A DNA stretch of 64,000 nucleotides from contig MQRK01245180.1 of NCBI GenBank assembly GCA_001938485.1, positions 41,892-105,891 on the forward strand, in the 5' to 3' direction. A program made the translations under genes and the position numbers. The notes beneath the pieces were generated by a model, which was given only the letters and a program-made list of their open reading frames with translations, had not been told where the DNA came from and made no database searches. Of this stretch, positions 1-13,800 are shown in pieces. Each line of letters opens with the position of its first letter. Position 1 is the stretch's first letter. The DNA comes from Girardia tigrina. Taxonomy: Eukaryota.

Positions 1-49
1 AGATTTTTCTTCGTTTTATTTTATACATAATATTTCTCACTTTCACAAA

Positions 50-117
50 TGCCGCCCCCAACAGTCGTGCCGCCCGGGGCGGACCGCCCCCCCCGCCCCC
101 CCTACGCTACGCCACTG
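50..117 (-). mobile_element. Terminus of a hAT-like DNA transposon/MITE
   Basis: GC-rich island reading CAGTGGCGTAGCGTAGGGGGGCGGGG...CCGCCCCGGGCGGCA on the minus strand, a typical hAT-type terminus. The rest probably lies left of the window. Confidence 0.65.
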
Positions 118-769
118 CTCCATGATTGCCCTCGTAGGAAATAACCATAGACACTGAAAATTGTCTAGCATTCACTTCCATAATACTCTATAGGTAAAAT
201 ATTCGTAAAAAATTCGTAAATAAATAGGTAAAAAATTTGATCAGTTTTTTCCATACCATCAAACGCGGTTGCATTGAATTGTGGGTTGCAATTTTTTAAA
301 GTGAAACATCGATTTTTATGATGATTGCTCATTCCGATACTATATCAAGGAGAACACATTTGAGTATAAAAACAATGCATTGTTTTCAAAATGGAGAGTT
401 ATAATTTGCTCCAATGTTGCTTCAGAACTCTCCCAGGAGGATTACGAAGACTGCTGCTTAAAAAACGAGAATAAAAACTAATTGTCTTGATTATTTAAGA
501 AGTAAACAAAATTAAAAGCCACGGATTTTGATTGAGAGAAAACAAAATGAAAAGAATATTTTGAAGCAAATTATTTGAAACAATAATTGGAAGTTCCCAA
601 AGATTACTTAGTAAATCGAGAACATTTCAGTCTCATTTCCTTCTACCGTTGTTCTTCTCGTTTATTTGTCGATTGCGTTTATCGGTTACATTGCTACTTT
701 GATTCTTTTACTTTAGGGAAGGAATGAACGAAAATATCTGAATAAATTAATTTTAAAAAAATATTTTTT

Positions 770-1135
770 TTATATCCATTCTTTATACAGACAGAACTCT
801 ACTTTTCCAACAAAGATTTAAAAATTTAAAAAATTTCAATTGAAAAAAACATTAAAAATTAATATAAACTACTTATAATTTATAAATAGATATCTTGCAA
901 TTAATATTGTTCGGGAACTCCTAATTTTCCGTTTTTTCCCATTTTGGGATCTTAAAAAGTTTTTTTTCGACCAAATTTTTACATAATTATTTATTGTCAT
1001 CGAGAATGAGTAAGTGTGCAAAGATTGGAAGAAAATTGATTGAGTAGAAGGTCTTCAAAAACAGGTTTCTAAATTCCATGGATACATATATATATACCTA
1101 TATAGAAAGTAAGTTAATAAAAAGAATGGAATTAA
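770..1135. mobile_element. Short non-autonomous element with imperfect terminal inverted repeats
   Basis: TCCATTCTTT near 775 is inverted at ~1121-1131 (AAAGAATGGA), next to a TA microsatellite. The right end recurs inverted at 28758-28790 (CCATTCTTTTTATTAGCTTGCTTTCTATATAT). Confidence 0.4.
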
Positions 1136-1398
1136 AACAAATAAATAGAAATAATTTATATCGCAATAAGCGATAATAAAAAAAATTTAACTACCCGTCG
1201 CAATTTTGTGGTTACCAAATTCAGCATACTCTAAAAATAAGACATTGAATTTAACTAGCAGAAACTATTTCACTATTCGATACTTACTGTGTTATTCTAA
1301 CTCCGCGTGTATTGGTCGAGGAATGATGTGGTCTTTCTTTCATTTGTCTCTGTACTTGACCTTGATTGATTTGAGTGTTCGCTGTACTTAGGCATGTC

Positions 1399-1936
1399 TT
1401 GAGCGTGTTGTATGCTGTGTTTGCTTACGATCCCATCGGATACGGTGTGCTCTATAATCCCTTAATGTTCTCAGACACTCAAGAACCACTAGTTGAAGTT
1501 GCTCTTCAGATTCTATGTGTCACATTGGAAACAATTGAAGATATGAATTTAAAAAGTTCGAAAAAGAAGTTAGATATGTATGCCTCTCTGACGACTGCGT
1601 CTTATGTTTCTAACAATTGCAATTCAATTCATTCAGAAAACGATGTCATGAAGGAGGTTCAGAGTTCAGGGAATCTTTTTGTGAATTATATGTCTCGAAT
1701 CCATAGAGATGAAGATTTTTCATTCATTTTAAAGGGACTTATTCGATTACTTAACAATCCATCGGTACAGACCTATTTCCCGGGTTCCACTAAAAAAAGT
1801 TAATTATCATCAGGAATTGCTTATTTTGCTTTGGAGAATGTGTGATATCAATAGGAGATTTCTCTTTTTCTTATTGAAATCGAGTCATATTTTAGAGATT
1901 TTTGTTCCAATATTATTTCTCTTTAATAATTCGAGA
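1399..1936 (+). pseudogene. HID1: HID1 (Golgi/dense-core-vesicle protein) internal fragment with frameshift
   Basis: AYDPIGYGVLYNPLMFSDTQEPLVEVALQIL...NLFVNYMSRIHRDEDFSFILKGLIRLLNNP..QTYFPGSTKK matches HID1. After one extra A in the run at 1792-1798 the match continues as VNYHQELLILLWRMCDINRRFLFFLLKSSHILEIFVPILFLFNNSR. No flanking HID1 exons seen. Confidence 0.85.
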
Positions 1937-2544
1937 AATATTCCATTAAGAATTTAATTCTAAAATAAAAATCAATAAATAAATTGATTTAGATCATTAA
2001 TGTATATAATTACTTACCGTTTGTGATAAAAAAAGGCGTTGTCGAATATTTTTTGGACATTTGTTATTAACAATAAACTTATTTGAATTTAAGGTGATTT
2101 TCATTTGTTTCTTTACTGCTTTGGTTGACATTGACTTTTTGTTAACGGTTAAGTGGTATTTTATTTACTTATTTTCTGTTTTTACCTATTTTCTTATCGG
2201 TAAGAATAGTTATTCGTTTTTTTCAGAGCGAATAATTATTTTTACACTTACCATTCAAGTTTTTCTCAAAACATTTTGAATCATAATCCTCAAAATCTAT
2301 AAAAGATTGTATCAATTATCACAACAGTGAGTAAAGACCAACATTCCAAAAAAATCCTTACATCGATTCCTAACCAACTCGACAAAGAATAGAGACAAAA
2401 TCTATAACCATTTGAGACACCTGAATACTTTTACGATACATAAGAGAACAATTATTACTAGAGAGCGAGTAAAGTAATGATGCTCAGTTATCTAAACTTT
2501 TTTAATATCCAATTCTACTCTGATTTTTTGTGATCGATACTTAT

Positions 2545-2547
<3 letters not shown>

Positions 2548-2584
<37 letters not shown>
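2548..2584. repeat. (TA)n microsatellite
   Basis: Direct reading. Confidence 0.95.
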
Positions 2585-2589
<5 letters not shown>

Positions 2590-2672
2590 AACTAAGAAAC
2601 AAAAAGAATTTTGTAATATTTATTTATATTTTTATAATAGAGAGGATGGTTAAAAATCGATGAACAGACTTT

Positions 2673-2950
2673 TTAACCCTCTTACACTCAACATCTGGTG
2701 TTTTTTTAAAATTAAAGAACATATAAAAAAACATTTTTGATTCGTTTTCTAAGCGGATCAACTATCACGAGGGAGTATTTGTCCCCTAAAACGCAAATGA
2801 TTATCCTAACACATTTACAAATGTTTCCTTCTGACTGCCATTTACAATCTTCAGATGCGCTGACATTTACCTCTGCACTCTCGCTATTAGTTACACATTT
2901 GGTTTGTGCATTGTCGATCAGTTTTTATAGTTTTTTTTAACAATTCAGTC
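2673..2950 (-). mobile_element. Possible piggyBac relic (3' end)
   Basis: TTAA-CCCT terminus at 2673. The minus strand shows a decayed Cys-containing segment (RGKCQ...) resembling the piggyBac C-terminal domain. Confidence 0.3.
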
Positions 2951-5092
2951 ATCAAATAATTCCAAAAACTATATTTATATTTGTTTATCATCTTTTTTCA
3001 TTTAAATTTTCTTGAATGTTGGGAATCAAGTTTCGGATTTCGTTGAGAATACAGAGTTTGTCTTTTAAGATGATTTTGTTGTTGGATTTTGGCTTTAAAA
3101 AGACTTTAGTTGATAATCTGTCTTATAAAGTCTCAATATAGTTCCTTAAAGATATTATCACAATTACAAAATTACAGAAGACAATAATTAATAAATTGTA
3201 ATGAAAAATTATAAAAAATGTATTATGATGTAGACTAACGCAATTTTGAAGACGTAATGAAGAATCTGTCAACATCGACACTACTTACATGCAAAGAAAG
3301 GAATATTTGTATTTGTAAGACTTGGAAATTATTGTAGCGATTAGAATGGAATGTTATGAAATTGGTTTAGACATCTTCAAAATGGATTCTATAAAAAAAT
3401 TTATAAAATTAAAAAATGTACTTTCTTTAATTTGAAATTTAGTCCTAGAATTTACCGTTGTCGAGTTATATAAAGAAATGACCTCTGTCAAGGAATCATC
3501 TCAATCCCTCCTGATCACTGACAATCAATTCGGATATTGTTTAACTCTCCTAAAGTAGGCAATGCAAAATGTATTTTGTTTCAATAGGGGGGTTCTCTAT
3601 TTTTCGGCAAATCCCCATATTCTCGAATTAGAATTTCAGAGAGAAGTAAATTCGTCAAAATCTGATCTCTCTGATGTTAGAATTGAATAGATAAATCAAT
3701 GCGGACAGAGCTGATACCTTGACAATAATCATTTTTTTATATAACTTTATACAACTTTGCAATACAGCGAGTCCAGTTCAGTACCGAGATGACCGGCTCT
3801 CAATGACGGTTATTTCATAGGGATACATGTATCCCTGTACAGATTCTATAGGATTTCGTATAAAAAAACAAAAGAAATTGAATTTTGATCTTTGCTCAAT
3901 TGATACGAGATCAGTACCTAATTGTAGACAAAAACTGTAAAATCTCAGTAAGGTACCAATCTCACCACGAAGGCACATTTGGAAACCACTGTTGGAGATT
4001 ATTTAAGTAACAGAGCATGCAATTTTGAACACTCTTGTTTTTCGAAAATCAGAAAGTTGTTTTTATCTATTTTTTTGGAAATTCGGAACATTGTTGTGCG
4101 TGATTTGAATAATCAAAAATTGTTGATTATCAATTAAAATCGAATGATAATACAAATCAATTAATTGAATTGTTTTTTTTCCAATGTAATATTGAATTTA
4201 AATCGGATAAATTAATTTTGATCCTTTCTCAAAAAAGAAATTATTCAATCGACAGAATTTGAAATATCGAAAAAACTAATTTTAATAACCAAAATGATTA
4301 TTAATATAAAATTGAAAGTTTTTTATTAAATTATTGAAATTAAAATAACCTTGAGGTTGTTTTAATAAAATGAATGATTGTATGGAAAAGTTTTTTGATT
4401 TTTTTTGGAAATTCGTAACATTGTTGTACGTGATCTGAATAATTTCTATGAATGAAATTTTTTGGCGAGGATTTAATTAAGGATGTTATTTGTAAATCAA
4501 ATTTTATTTTGTGAATCGATTTTTTTGGCTAGAATTTTAATTGAAATTGTTGATTATAAAGAAATTTGATTTTGCAAATTTTTTTGAGAAAGCATTTTAA
4601 ATCAAATAAAATTTGCGTAAAAAACTTTGTTAGAAAATTCTAATTTGAAATGAGTTTCAAACGGAAATATAAAAATAATTTCGATGGATAATTTATAAAA
4701 TGAACCAGTGATGAATCGTAACAAGAAAAACACTGATTCATTGGTATTATGAATTTAATAGTGTGACTTTGAACCACTTTTTATCAGCGAGATAAAACAG
4801 GAAAATATTCAAATCTTAAAAGAAACGTGTATTAACCAAAAACAAATTCTTAGAAATGTAAGTGATCTAAATTTTTCCAATTGATCGTTGATTTAATTCC
4901 CTAGCGTTATAATCATTTCGATAATTAGTTGCAGTACATTTATCAAATGGTTGATGCAGTTCAAGACATTGAGTTTTCTCTCAGTCTGTCGGATTTTTAT
5001 TTAAAATATCTCTGTCAAATGACAATAAAAATTCCTTTAGCAGTCGATATGTAGTTGTTTATGTATCATTTGAATTTTCAGACCAAGTACGG

Positions 5093-5640
5093 TTATAGCG
5101 GAGCGGGTGCAGCTGTTTCACGGCTGCGGTACGCTGGTGTTGGGAGGCAGAATTCTGGTCGCGGTGAGGTACAAATAAATACCTTTGATTTGTATTCCCC
5201 GGTGGGCTCGGTCAATTGGAATCCGTTGTCGTTGCCGATTATCATCTGCATTGTGTCGGTCACCAGATACATCAAATATAACTCGATACAAAACTGACTG
5301 GTCGTCGAGAAACGGGTACTGACACAAAGCGCTTCCATAAAATTGACGGGTAGAGTGAGGCAAACCGACGACTGTATCACTTGTCTGTCACCGGCGCCAA
5401 TTATGATTGAGATTCGAGAACCGCCGATCGATGTGGCAACAACGGTGCTGAGAATGTTTCCGATGATATATTCGAGAGAGATAACTAACTGACTCATTTC
5501 ATGGAAAACCAAAACAACTTTTAACGGAATCGTCAAGATATAAATCGATCCATCAATGAATCCGACGGAGATCAATGCGAATAATTTTCAATTGGCAGAC
5601 CTCACAATCATTATTCGTGCCGACCACAACAATATCGATA
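5093..5640 (-). pseudogene. GC-elevated hydrophobic ORF fragment, possibly from a membrane protein
   Basis: 160-codon open frame with hydrophobic stretches (LEYIIGNILSTVVATSIGGSRISIIIGAG) and GC well above background. There is a stop just upstream and no family was recognised. Confidence 0.25.
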
Positions 5641-7505
5641 TTTACATCAAATGCCGTTATTACATTAAATCTCTTTAGAAATTTTCCTTTTAAAAATTTC
5701 AGAATGTTTCAAAATCCATTCGACTGATTCGTGTTAAACAATTCCAATTTCACTTGACATAATCAAATTCATTATCGATGGATAATCGATAAAATGGCAA
5801 AGAAAATCGATCCAAAAAACGCGAACAAAGCGCAAAGAAAATTGATAACTCAATAGTTAAATACGGACAACAAAAAGAACTCCATTCGTAATTGATATTT
5901 AATGTTTATTCAAATTCAAAAAAACCGCCATCAAAAATTTGCGGTCTCAAAAAAAACTGATTCATATAAACAAAAATTCAATTTTATATCAAATAATATT
6001 ATTATTTTTTACAAATTTCGAATCGATTTTTTACAATTATTTAAGACAAAAAAATTACAATAATTTCAAATTTGATTAATAAAAGTAAAATTTCTTTTTT
6101 TAAAAAAATCAGATTCAAACCAAATTCAATAATTACCTTTTTCCTTTTCAATTACAAAATCCCAAAGAAACACCAAAAAATGTTTTTCAACTCTTTAACA
6201 GTCATAAAGTTCAATACATAACTAAATTTCAACTTGCAATTCTAAATGAAATCATTGTCTGACACGATTTTCTATTAAAAGAATTCCAATTTAACAATCA
6301 AGAACGTCAGTAATTGTGTGACGAATTTTTGTGGATTTTTTGTGGATCGTTTCGACAAATTAATCCGATTGTTGTTTCTAAATTCGACAATGAGCTCCAA
6401 TATCGATTGAATATAATCTGGATATTTAGTTCTTCGTCTTGATATTTATGAGACATTAACTGAGAATGGATCGATATGTTACGACAAATGTTAAATAACA
6501 TTGATGATTTACTGAACCTTTTCGTTTCGATTTCTATTCGAGTTTTGATGTTTTGTTACATGATTTCTTTGATTGATAACTTTTCGAATAATTTTTTGAC
6601 ATCCATTTGTTTGTTTCCGGTTGGGCCAGTTGATGAAATAATATGACATCCCCTTTTTACAATCAAACATTACTCACAAAATATACGGTGAGATTTCTGT
6701 AAGTCATCTATCTCCCGAAGACCCTCGACTGACGTAGCAGTGCCGCAGCCGCGCAACTGCGCTGACTGTGCGGTCATTTGTACTGCTAAGTCTAAATGTA
6801 CATTTTACTATGTAAATGCTTTGTGAAGCAATCAGGATGAAATTGTAACTTATGTTAAGGGATATATCAATATAGTTCGGGCACACTTTACATTTGTTGT
6901 CTCTATCCATGAAATCGATTGATAAAATTCCTTTCAAATTTAGTGCAAAACATTTCCATTAAGATGGTGTAATTATCATAAACATTTGTTTATCCATACT
7001 TTTTTAATTTTAGTATATTTTACTCTGGGATTTAAAATCTATATTACGATAGTTTAATGACTCACAAATGACTTTTCAAAATTTAGCGTGGTCTGTAAGA
7101 TTTCCTGAAAAAGTTTTTCCTAATTTCATAAATTTTGAAGTGAAATAAAGAAGAAATTAAATATAGTGTAAAATTTAGGTTGGTACACAAAAATACATTT
7201 CTCTTTTATTCTTGGATTATAAATGAAATTTTATTTTAATGTTATGCTAATTTTATGTTAAAATAAATTTCTATCTGTTTTTAATTCAATTTAACAAGTT
7301 TAAATCGAAGTCATTGCCAAAATCACTTAATCATTTTTGTTGTTGTTCCTGATCGTATTGCTTTCGCATTTTTTGGTATGAAACAAATCGGACTTATAAT
7401 TACAAAAAAAATAATTGATTAAAAAAGAAAAGAAAATAAGAAACTTTGTTTTAATATTCAAACATTAGTTTTTTTCTTCGAGTGTTAAATGAAATTTTAT
7501 TTATT

Positions 7506-7990
7506 TATTAAGAACATTTAGACAAGTCTCATTTGAATTTTTATTGCAATTGCATTTAGAGTCATTACAACTCTCAGAATGTCTTTCATCGTTTGCCATC
7601 GTTCAATTGGTTTTCTTATTTCTGTTTTTATTCATGATTATTCGAACTGTTTTTCTAAGTTATTTTATAAAATATTTAACCTCTAAAAATATTAATTAAA
7701 AAATAATAATTTTTACCATTTCTCAATAAATCCCAAAATAATAAAAATGTCATCAAATTATTAAAGATGCATTAAATTTAAATTTTACTAAAAATTATTA
7801 AACTTAATTTTAATTGTGAAATTAAAAATTTAAACTTATCATATGATTATTTTAATTATGTTCGAATAGTCAATCACCTTAAACTTAATAAAAAATACGA
7901 ATTTCCATCTGGGTGGAGAATCACCATTCTAAATTCAACATACAGCATCCATACATTTACACATTCAAACAATTTAAAAAAATCCTCACA
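7506..7990 (-). mobile_element. Solo LTR (485 bp, subfamily A)
   Basis: Aligns end-to-end with 27138-27622. Termini on + are TATTAAGAACATT...CCTCACA, and it shares the TTCCATCTGGGTGG motif. Confidence 0.75.
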
Positions 7991-8963
7991 ATATGAAAGT
8001 TTTAAAATTGAGTTATGGACATGACTTCCGACGATAGAAACATGTTTAAAGAGGCAAGAAAATACCAATGACCATTACAAGCCTGAACTATAACCAGATG
8101 TCTTCAAAATAATTATAGGGAAATGTGACTTCTTTCTACAGTCATAAAAACTACCACGAAACAAAGACTACAAGAATATTTTTAAGGAATTTATTTCTTT
8201 TAAGAATGAATTTTATTAAAAACTTGTTAACTTTATTATAAACAATTAACTTTAAACAATATACTTCTAAAAGAATGTAATATTCTTTTCCAGAATCATA
8301 TTGAGGAGATAGTTCTACAGAAATTAGTGTCCAGAAGCTCGGCTAATGTCGACATTGAAAAAAATTTCCTTTGAAGAAAAAAAATGTTTTTCATAGAAAT
8401 TAAATTTTTGTCATCGTAATCTCCGGAGAGTAATTATCCAAATATATATGGCCCTAATTCGCAGCATATTTACATTCTGTATTCTTTCATGCCTCCCTCC
8501 GACATCTGTCGAAATAGAACATAATTTCTCTTTTTATAATTAATTATTTATAATCGCGAAGAAATGATTATAATTGATATTACATTTTATGTCTTATTTT
8601 TTTGCTTATGAAAAATAATTTTCCATCACTAAATAATTAATAAAGTTCTTTAGTATTTCGATTCTCGTTGTAGATATACAAGAATTACTTTGAAGATATT
8701 AAATGTCCAAAAAAAATGATAAAAAGAAAAAAATGAAATATTTTACGAGTAATAAAACATTATAAATGCTGAAAAAAATCATTTTTTTATTTTGTTTTAA
8801 TATAATATGAAATAAGAACAAATAAACAAAGACAACTAAAAATAAATAAATAATTTTAAGCAATCTTTTTAAATTTATTAAAAAGGAAATTTGAAAAAAC
8901 AAATTATTAAATTATTTATATATTTACCAAGGAATGTAAAAAATAATGGTAATTTATATTCTT

Positions 8964-9338
8964 TATTAAAAACTGAACGCCATTTTTAAAAATTTATTTT
9001 TGTAATTAATTTCGGCGGATTACCCAATGTCATCTTCAGACTAAATTAACACTGGCGTTTTGTAGCTTATATATGAGAAATGTGATTACATAATCGATTA
9101 TGTAATATGGGCTCTATAATAAAAGTAAAGAATGGATCCAAAAATTAAAATTCAAGCTTCACACTCAACTTCAAACATTTTCAAATAAAGCCTCTATTAT
9201 ACAATTGATTACATAATCGCCATTCTCATATATAAGCTACAAAAAACCAGTGTTAATTTAGTCTAAAGATGGCATTGGGTAATTCCTCGAAATTAATTAC
9301 AAAAATAAATTTTGAAAAATGGCGTTCAGTTTTTAATA
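8964..9338. mobile_element. Inverted pair of Penelope-type pseudo-LTRs, each with a hammerhead motif
   Basis: Arms of ~135-140 bp (8964-9106 and 9207-9338) are inverted around a ~100-bp spacer. Each arm has CT(G/A)AAGA-T-stem-GAAA-TTAA-TT, homologous to the ribozyme at 46685. Confidence 0.7.
9002..9041 (-). ncRNA. Minimal type I hammerhead ribozyme motif (weakened stem II)
   Basis: Minus strand: GT CTGAAGA T GACATTGGGTAATCCGCC GAAA TTAA TT AC. Confidence 0.55.
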
Positions 9339-10172
9339 TTTATATATTATTTTAAAATATTATCCATTTATCTATTTTCGTAAAAAAATTATATAAAAAT
9401 TCTAAATATATAATATTTTCATTTTCATATACAAAAAAGTATTAATCTTAAATATTTAGTTTTATATTTTTATTTTCAATTTATTTTTATTTGAAAAACA
9501 TTGTACAAAAATATTCTGGAGGATGAACCTCGCGACAAAAAATGTTTTGATGCTTAATAAAAATATTTTAAGTAGTAAAGATATCAAAATATTTTATAAA
9601 TAACCTATTTAATTATTTTATTTTTCTATTCTTTACAATCAGCAAAATATAAATAAATAATTAACATAATTGCTTCTTATTATTTGATTAGGAAAATGTA
9701 AAATAATATTTTATTTCACCTCCTCCAAATCGAGAGTAATAAATAAATTCAAATTATTTAATATTCTTTTAATACTAATATTTCAATATTTCAAATCGAC
9801 AAATATATCGAACTTTGTCATCTCAATTTTTTTTAATTTACTCTCAATAAAAAAAATTCATTAAAAATTAATTAAAATTCAAAGAAAAAATCGTAGGAAA
9901 TTTAATCTTGAGATTAATTCTACAAACTTGTTGAGAAAGTCACCGAAATAAAACTGGGTAAAATTTAAATAAATTATTTATTATCCATTTAAAATAAATT
10001 AATATTTTTCATCTTTCACTTATAGAATATTATTGATTATTATAATTTGCAATGACTTAATTTTGATATTCTATTGATTTAAACAAGTCAAAGAAATTAA
10101 AAATAAATTTTATGCATTATTTGTCAATGTAAATTATATATAATTACAAAATTATTAAATAATGAAAATAAT

Positions 10173-11445
10173 ATAGAGTCGATTCAAAAGCTTTTGGCAT
10201 TTTAAGCACAGTTATTGAAGAAGTTTTGAAAAAAGTACAAAAGACTAATTCTCAAAGTAATCCCCGTCAGCATCTATCACCTTTTTCAAGTTGTCTGCCA
10301 CCTTTGGGATGACATCCTTGAAAAAGCTTTTTGGGTTGGATTAGATGAAGTAAGCGATGCAATTTTTCTCATCATCTTCTTTCTTAAAACTCTGTCCAGC
10401 AACATGCAGGCAAGTATTTTAATGGCGGAGGATGATCTTCCTGACACTATGACCAACTTGAGACCGTAATTCCTTGATTTAATTGCTTAGCTTGAACAAT
10501 TAATCACTTGTAGCACTGGACTGTAACTGTTTGCCCGGGGTTGAGCAACTCATAGAAAAGCACCCCATTCATAACATCATCTTCTTCCCATAAATATTCA
10601 GTTCAGGAGTGAAGGTTGTTTTTCCAGGGCTAAACAATGATCTTTTGAGTAACGCATTCTCGTAATGTACTCATTTCTCATCACCAGTAATAATTCGCCA
10701 AAGAAACTATTTTTTGATGGTGACGTGCATAAAGCAAAATCCATGAAGTCAATCTTTGAGTAATAGTTTCTAGGGATTATTAGTATGGTATACGTCTTCC
10801 ACCCTTCAGGATTTTACCTATGGATTGTAATCTCCTTAAAACAGTGATTAGTTCACTTCAAGTTGTATAGCCAGTTAATTTGTCGTCTGGACAGTATCCT
10901 TCAACAATTCTAGACGAAGATTTTGCAAATTGTTGGTTTTTGTTTGTCCATTGTCTATTGTCTATCGACCTATTGTCCATTCCAAAGTCGATAGGTCTTG
11001 AGTTCTACATCATTTAGTAAAACTGATTCAAGAGTCAATCAAGCTCATCCGAGACAGTTTAGCATCTTATTAAAACTCATAACGTCATTGCGCCTCTTGA
11101 ATATTTCTTGATCTTTCTAAGTGTTCACAATCTTTTCGGTCTTGTTTTTTCTAGTCCCCACATCATTAGTTTTTCACTATCGCACCAGAACTTTTTATGC
11201 CAATGGAATCTGCAGTTGAGCCTTGTTGTGATTGCAGCTGCTTTCATTCTTAATCGGCACAAAATTACAATAGCACTTCGATGTGGCAAAACGTTTGTCA
11301 TACCTAAAATTCAAAAGGATAAGATAGAAATACAGTAAAATAACTTGTAATACGCAAACAAAATAAATTAGATGCGCAGCAGATGATCTGGGAAATGAAT
11401 AAATATTTTAAAGAACAAAAACAATAAATTATACGGACCACCATA
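10173..11445 (-). mobile_element. Degenerate mariner element
   Basis: Minus strand encodes FLWRIITGDEK (first catalytic D motif) at ~10675-10706 and C-terminal KVIDADGDYF at ~10255-10285. Length is ~1.3 kb and the TIRs are decayed. Confidence 0.8.
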
Positions 11446-12089
11446 AATATATTTATAATAGTGGGGACATTTTGAAACGTGTTTATGCTTATGAAGGTTG
11501 TCTCAGACGTTACATAAATAAAGTATTGTTTACCGTTGACAAAGTATAAGTATAATCTTTATGACTAAACTTCCCAACATATTAAAGGAGGTTCATCCAA
11601 CGAGAGAATGACCTCTTCAAATCACGTACCATTCATAAATCATTATATTCTTTTCATCGTTCTTTATTATCCTTCTTAAGCAACTGTAATTTCCAGACCT
11701 TCAATTTATCAATTTTATTTCCTTCAAAATCTTCTGTAAACTTTTTCTCAAAATGTTCAATTTATTTGACGAGGTTCTTTGTGACTCGAAATTAAGTTGA
11801 CATTTAAAACATACCTTATCTTAAAGTAAAAATACTTGATATTTAATTATCATGAAGCAAAATAAAATAAATACGAGGTGATTTTTATTATACTTAACAA
11901 CGTTTGTGTAAAATTGCATCCTTCTTCCTGACAAATTAACTTCAGGGGTATTCATCCATAGGCTATGTGAAGGGTTCGAGATGGTAGCGAGTGTCATTAA
12001 GGTATGTTATCGTCACACGGAGATAATCAATTAGAATAACTTCTATAAATTTGATTTCTTTTGTATCGGTATTAGATAGTAATAAGTAC

Positions 12090-13800
12090 AAATGATTTTA
12101 TGAGTGTTTTCAGTAAGAGAAGTGATTCTACGACTATAGCATCTTAGGGATATTAGAAGTACACCTGACTGGCTAACACAGCAGATCCTTTTTCGTATTG
12201 CAACTTATTAGTCCATGCACTCTGTCAGTTTTTATGAATAAATTCAATACAATTTGTTTATCCTCTGAGAATATTGAATGCTAATTTACGATCTTAATCT
12301 TTTAACATTTTCGACTGCAGTATGGATATTGCTCATCGAATAAATGACATACTTATTGCATTTTCACAAATTTCGATTATCAAATTATATCTCATTTTAT
12401 TTTAGAGATACACACAAAAGTATAAATTTTAGTGAAGACCAAGAAGAGAAACTATCAGTTCAAAACACGCGATTGAAGTTCTTGAATAACGAAAATCGTT
12501 CTCCACAGCCCTTTGGTCAATTTGGGACCCAGTATCAAAAAAAAGCAAATACTCTTCCAACGAGTTTCACAATTGAGTCTAGAAATGAAATTTTTAATAA
12601 CGTAATTTTTTTTTCTAATTAAATTATTATAATGAATAAGTACATCCAAATACAGAATAACCTCTAAATTTGGCCAAAAATGTGGAATGCCAAAACAGAG
12701 TTGTTAACATCTCCATTTTCATGGTCTCCGATTTCATATTCCAATAATGCCCCATTTTCACTATAAGTAATCACAAAAATTCATCTTCCTCCATAGAATC
12801 CAGAATATCTGTTTTAAAATCTTAACATCTTTGGTCAGTAGCAGAATTTGGCCAAATTTAGAGAGTTTCCATGGATTTTTAAAAGATTGTTTCTAAAAGT
12901 TTCTAAAATGGGAAGTTGACCAATTTTAAAAGTTATACTGTACAAATAAAAAGAGTCTTAGAAATTTTTGTTGTTTTCTTATAGAAATATTAAATGCCTT
13001 ATACTTCGATGATTTCATAAATTATTGCTGATTTCGTTTTCCATAATCTTAGGAAAGTTTCTGTATCAATATAAGGAAATATGCCTAATATTACAAGCTT
13101 TAGTTCCTACAAGATTCCTTTTTTTTACTTTTCAAGGTTATTCAAGAAGGTTGCTGGATGGTAGATATACTCAGCTCATCGACAGGGGTCATGTATTATC
13201 TTTTTGAGTATAACAAAAAAGTTTATAAAGTTAATTACTTCAATTATTATATATTGATAGTTGTATTAATTTTGTAAGCAAATCTTTTTGCATGATTTTC
13301 GTTACGCTTTTAAGTGATGATATCTTCAGCTTTTCTCACAATTAATATTAACATTCTAAAGTGTACTCTGACGGGACTTTGTTTTTGCAAGTCTCACCAC
13401 AAATGTTTGAAGATTACTTTTACTTTTGATAATTATTATACTTCTTTTCGGTACTAGTTATTGAGTTTTATAAAATTCGCCTACTGTGTCTCCTTTCTGC
13501 ACCTTCCTTGATCTGAGAGAGTAAAAAAATGGTTCTGATTAGGCATATTCTACCTTGATTTCATTTATTTTTCTTAAAAATCATTTTGTAAGAAACTTTT
13601 GCATATATATTTTTTATTATCTCATTTCCACCTCTTTAATGTTTCACCATCATAAACCAAATGAAGGAATCCATTAGAATATAATAACCTCCACATTCAA
13701 TCAGGAAATTCTCTTAATAATTTCTAAATTCCTATAAAAATCATTGCATAACGTATACAAAAATTTTCCTTCCTTTTTGCTTAAATTACGAAGGGGGAAA
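12090..13800 (-). mobile_element. Highly decayed CR1/L2-like LINE (RT and 3' region)
   Basis: Scattered minus-strand remnants resembling RT motifs (..FGIP.. near 12685) and the CR1-type C-terminal region. Many stops. Confidence 0.4.

Noticed and set aside
12344-12622. 92-aa plus-strand ORF as a host exon
   Set aside because: Better explained as the antisense of a decayed CR1-like LINE.
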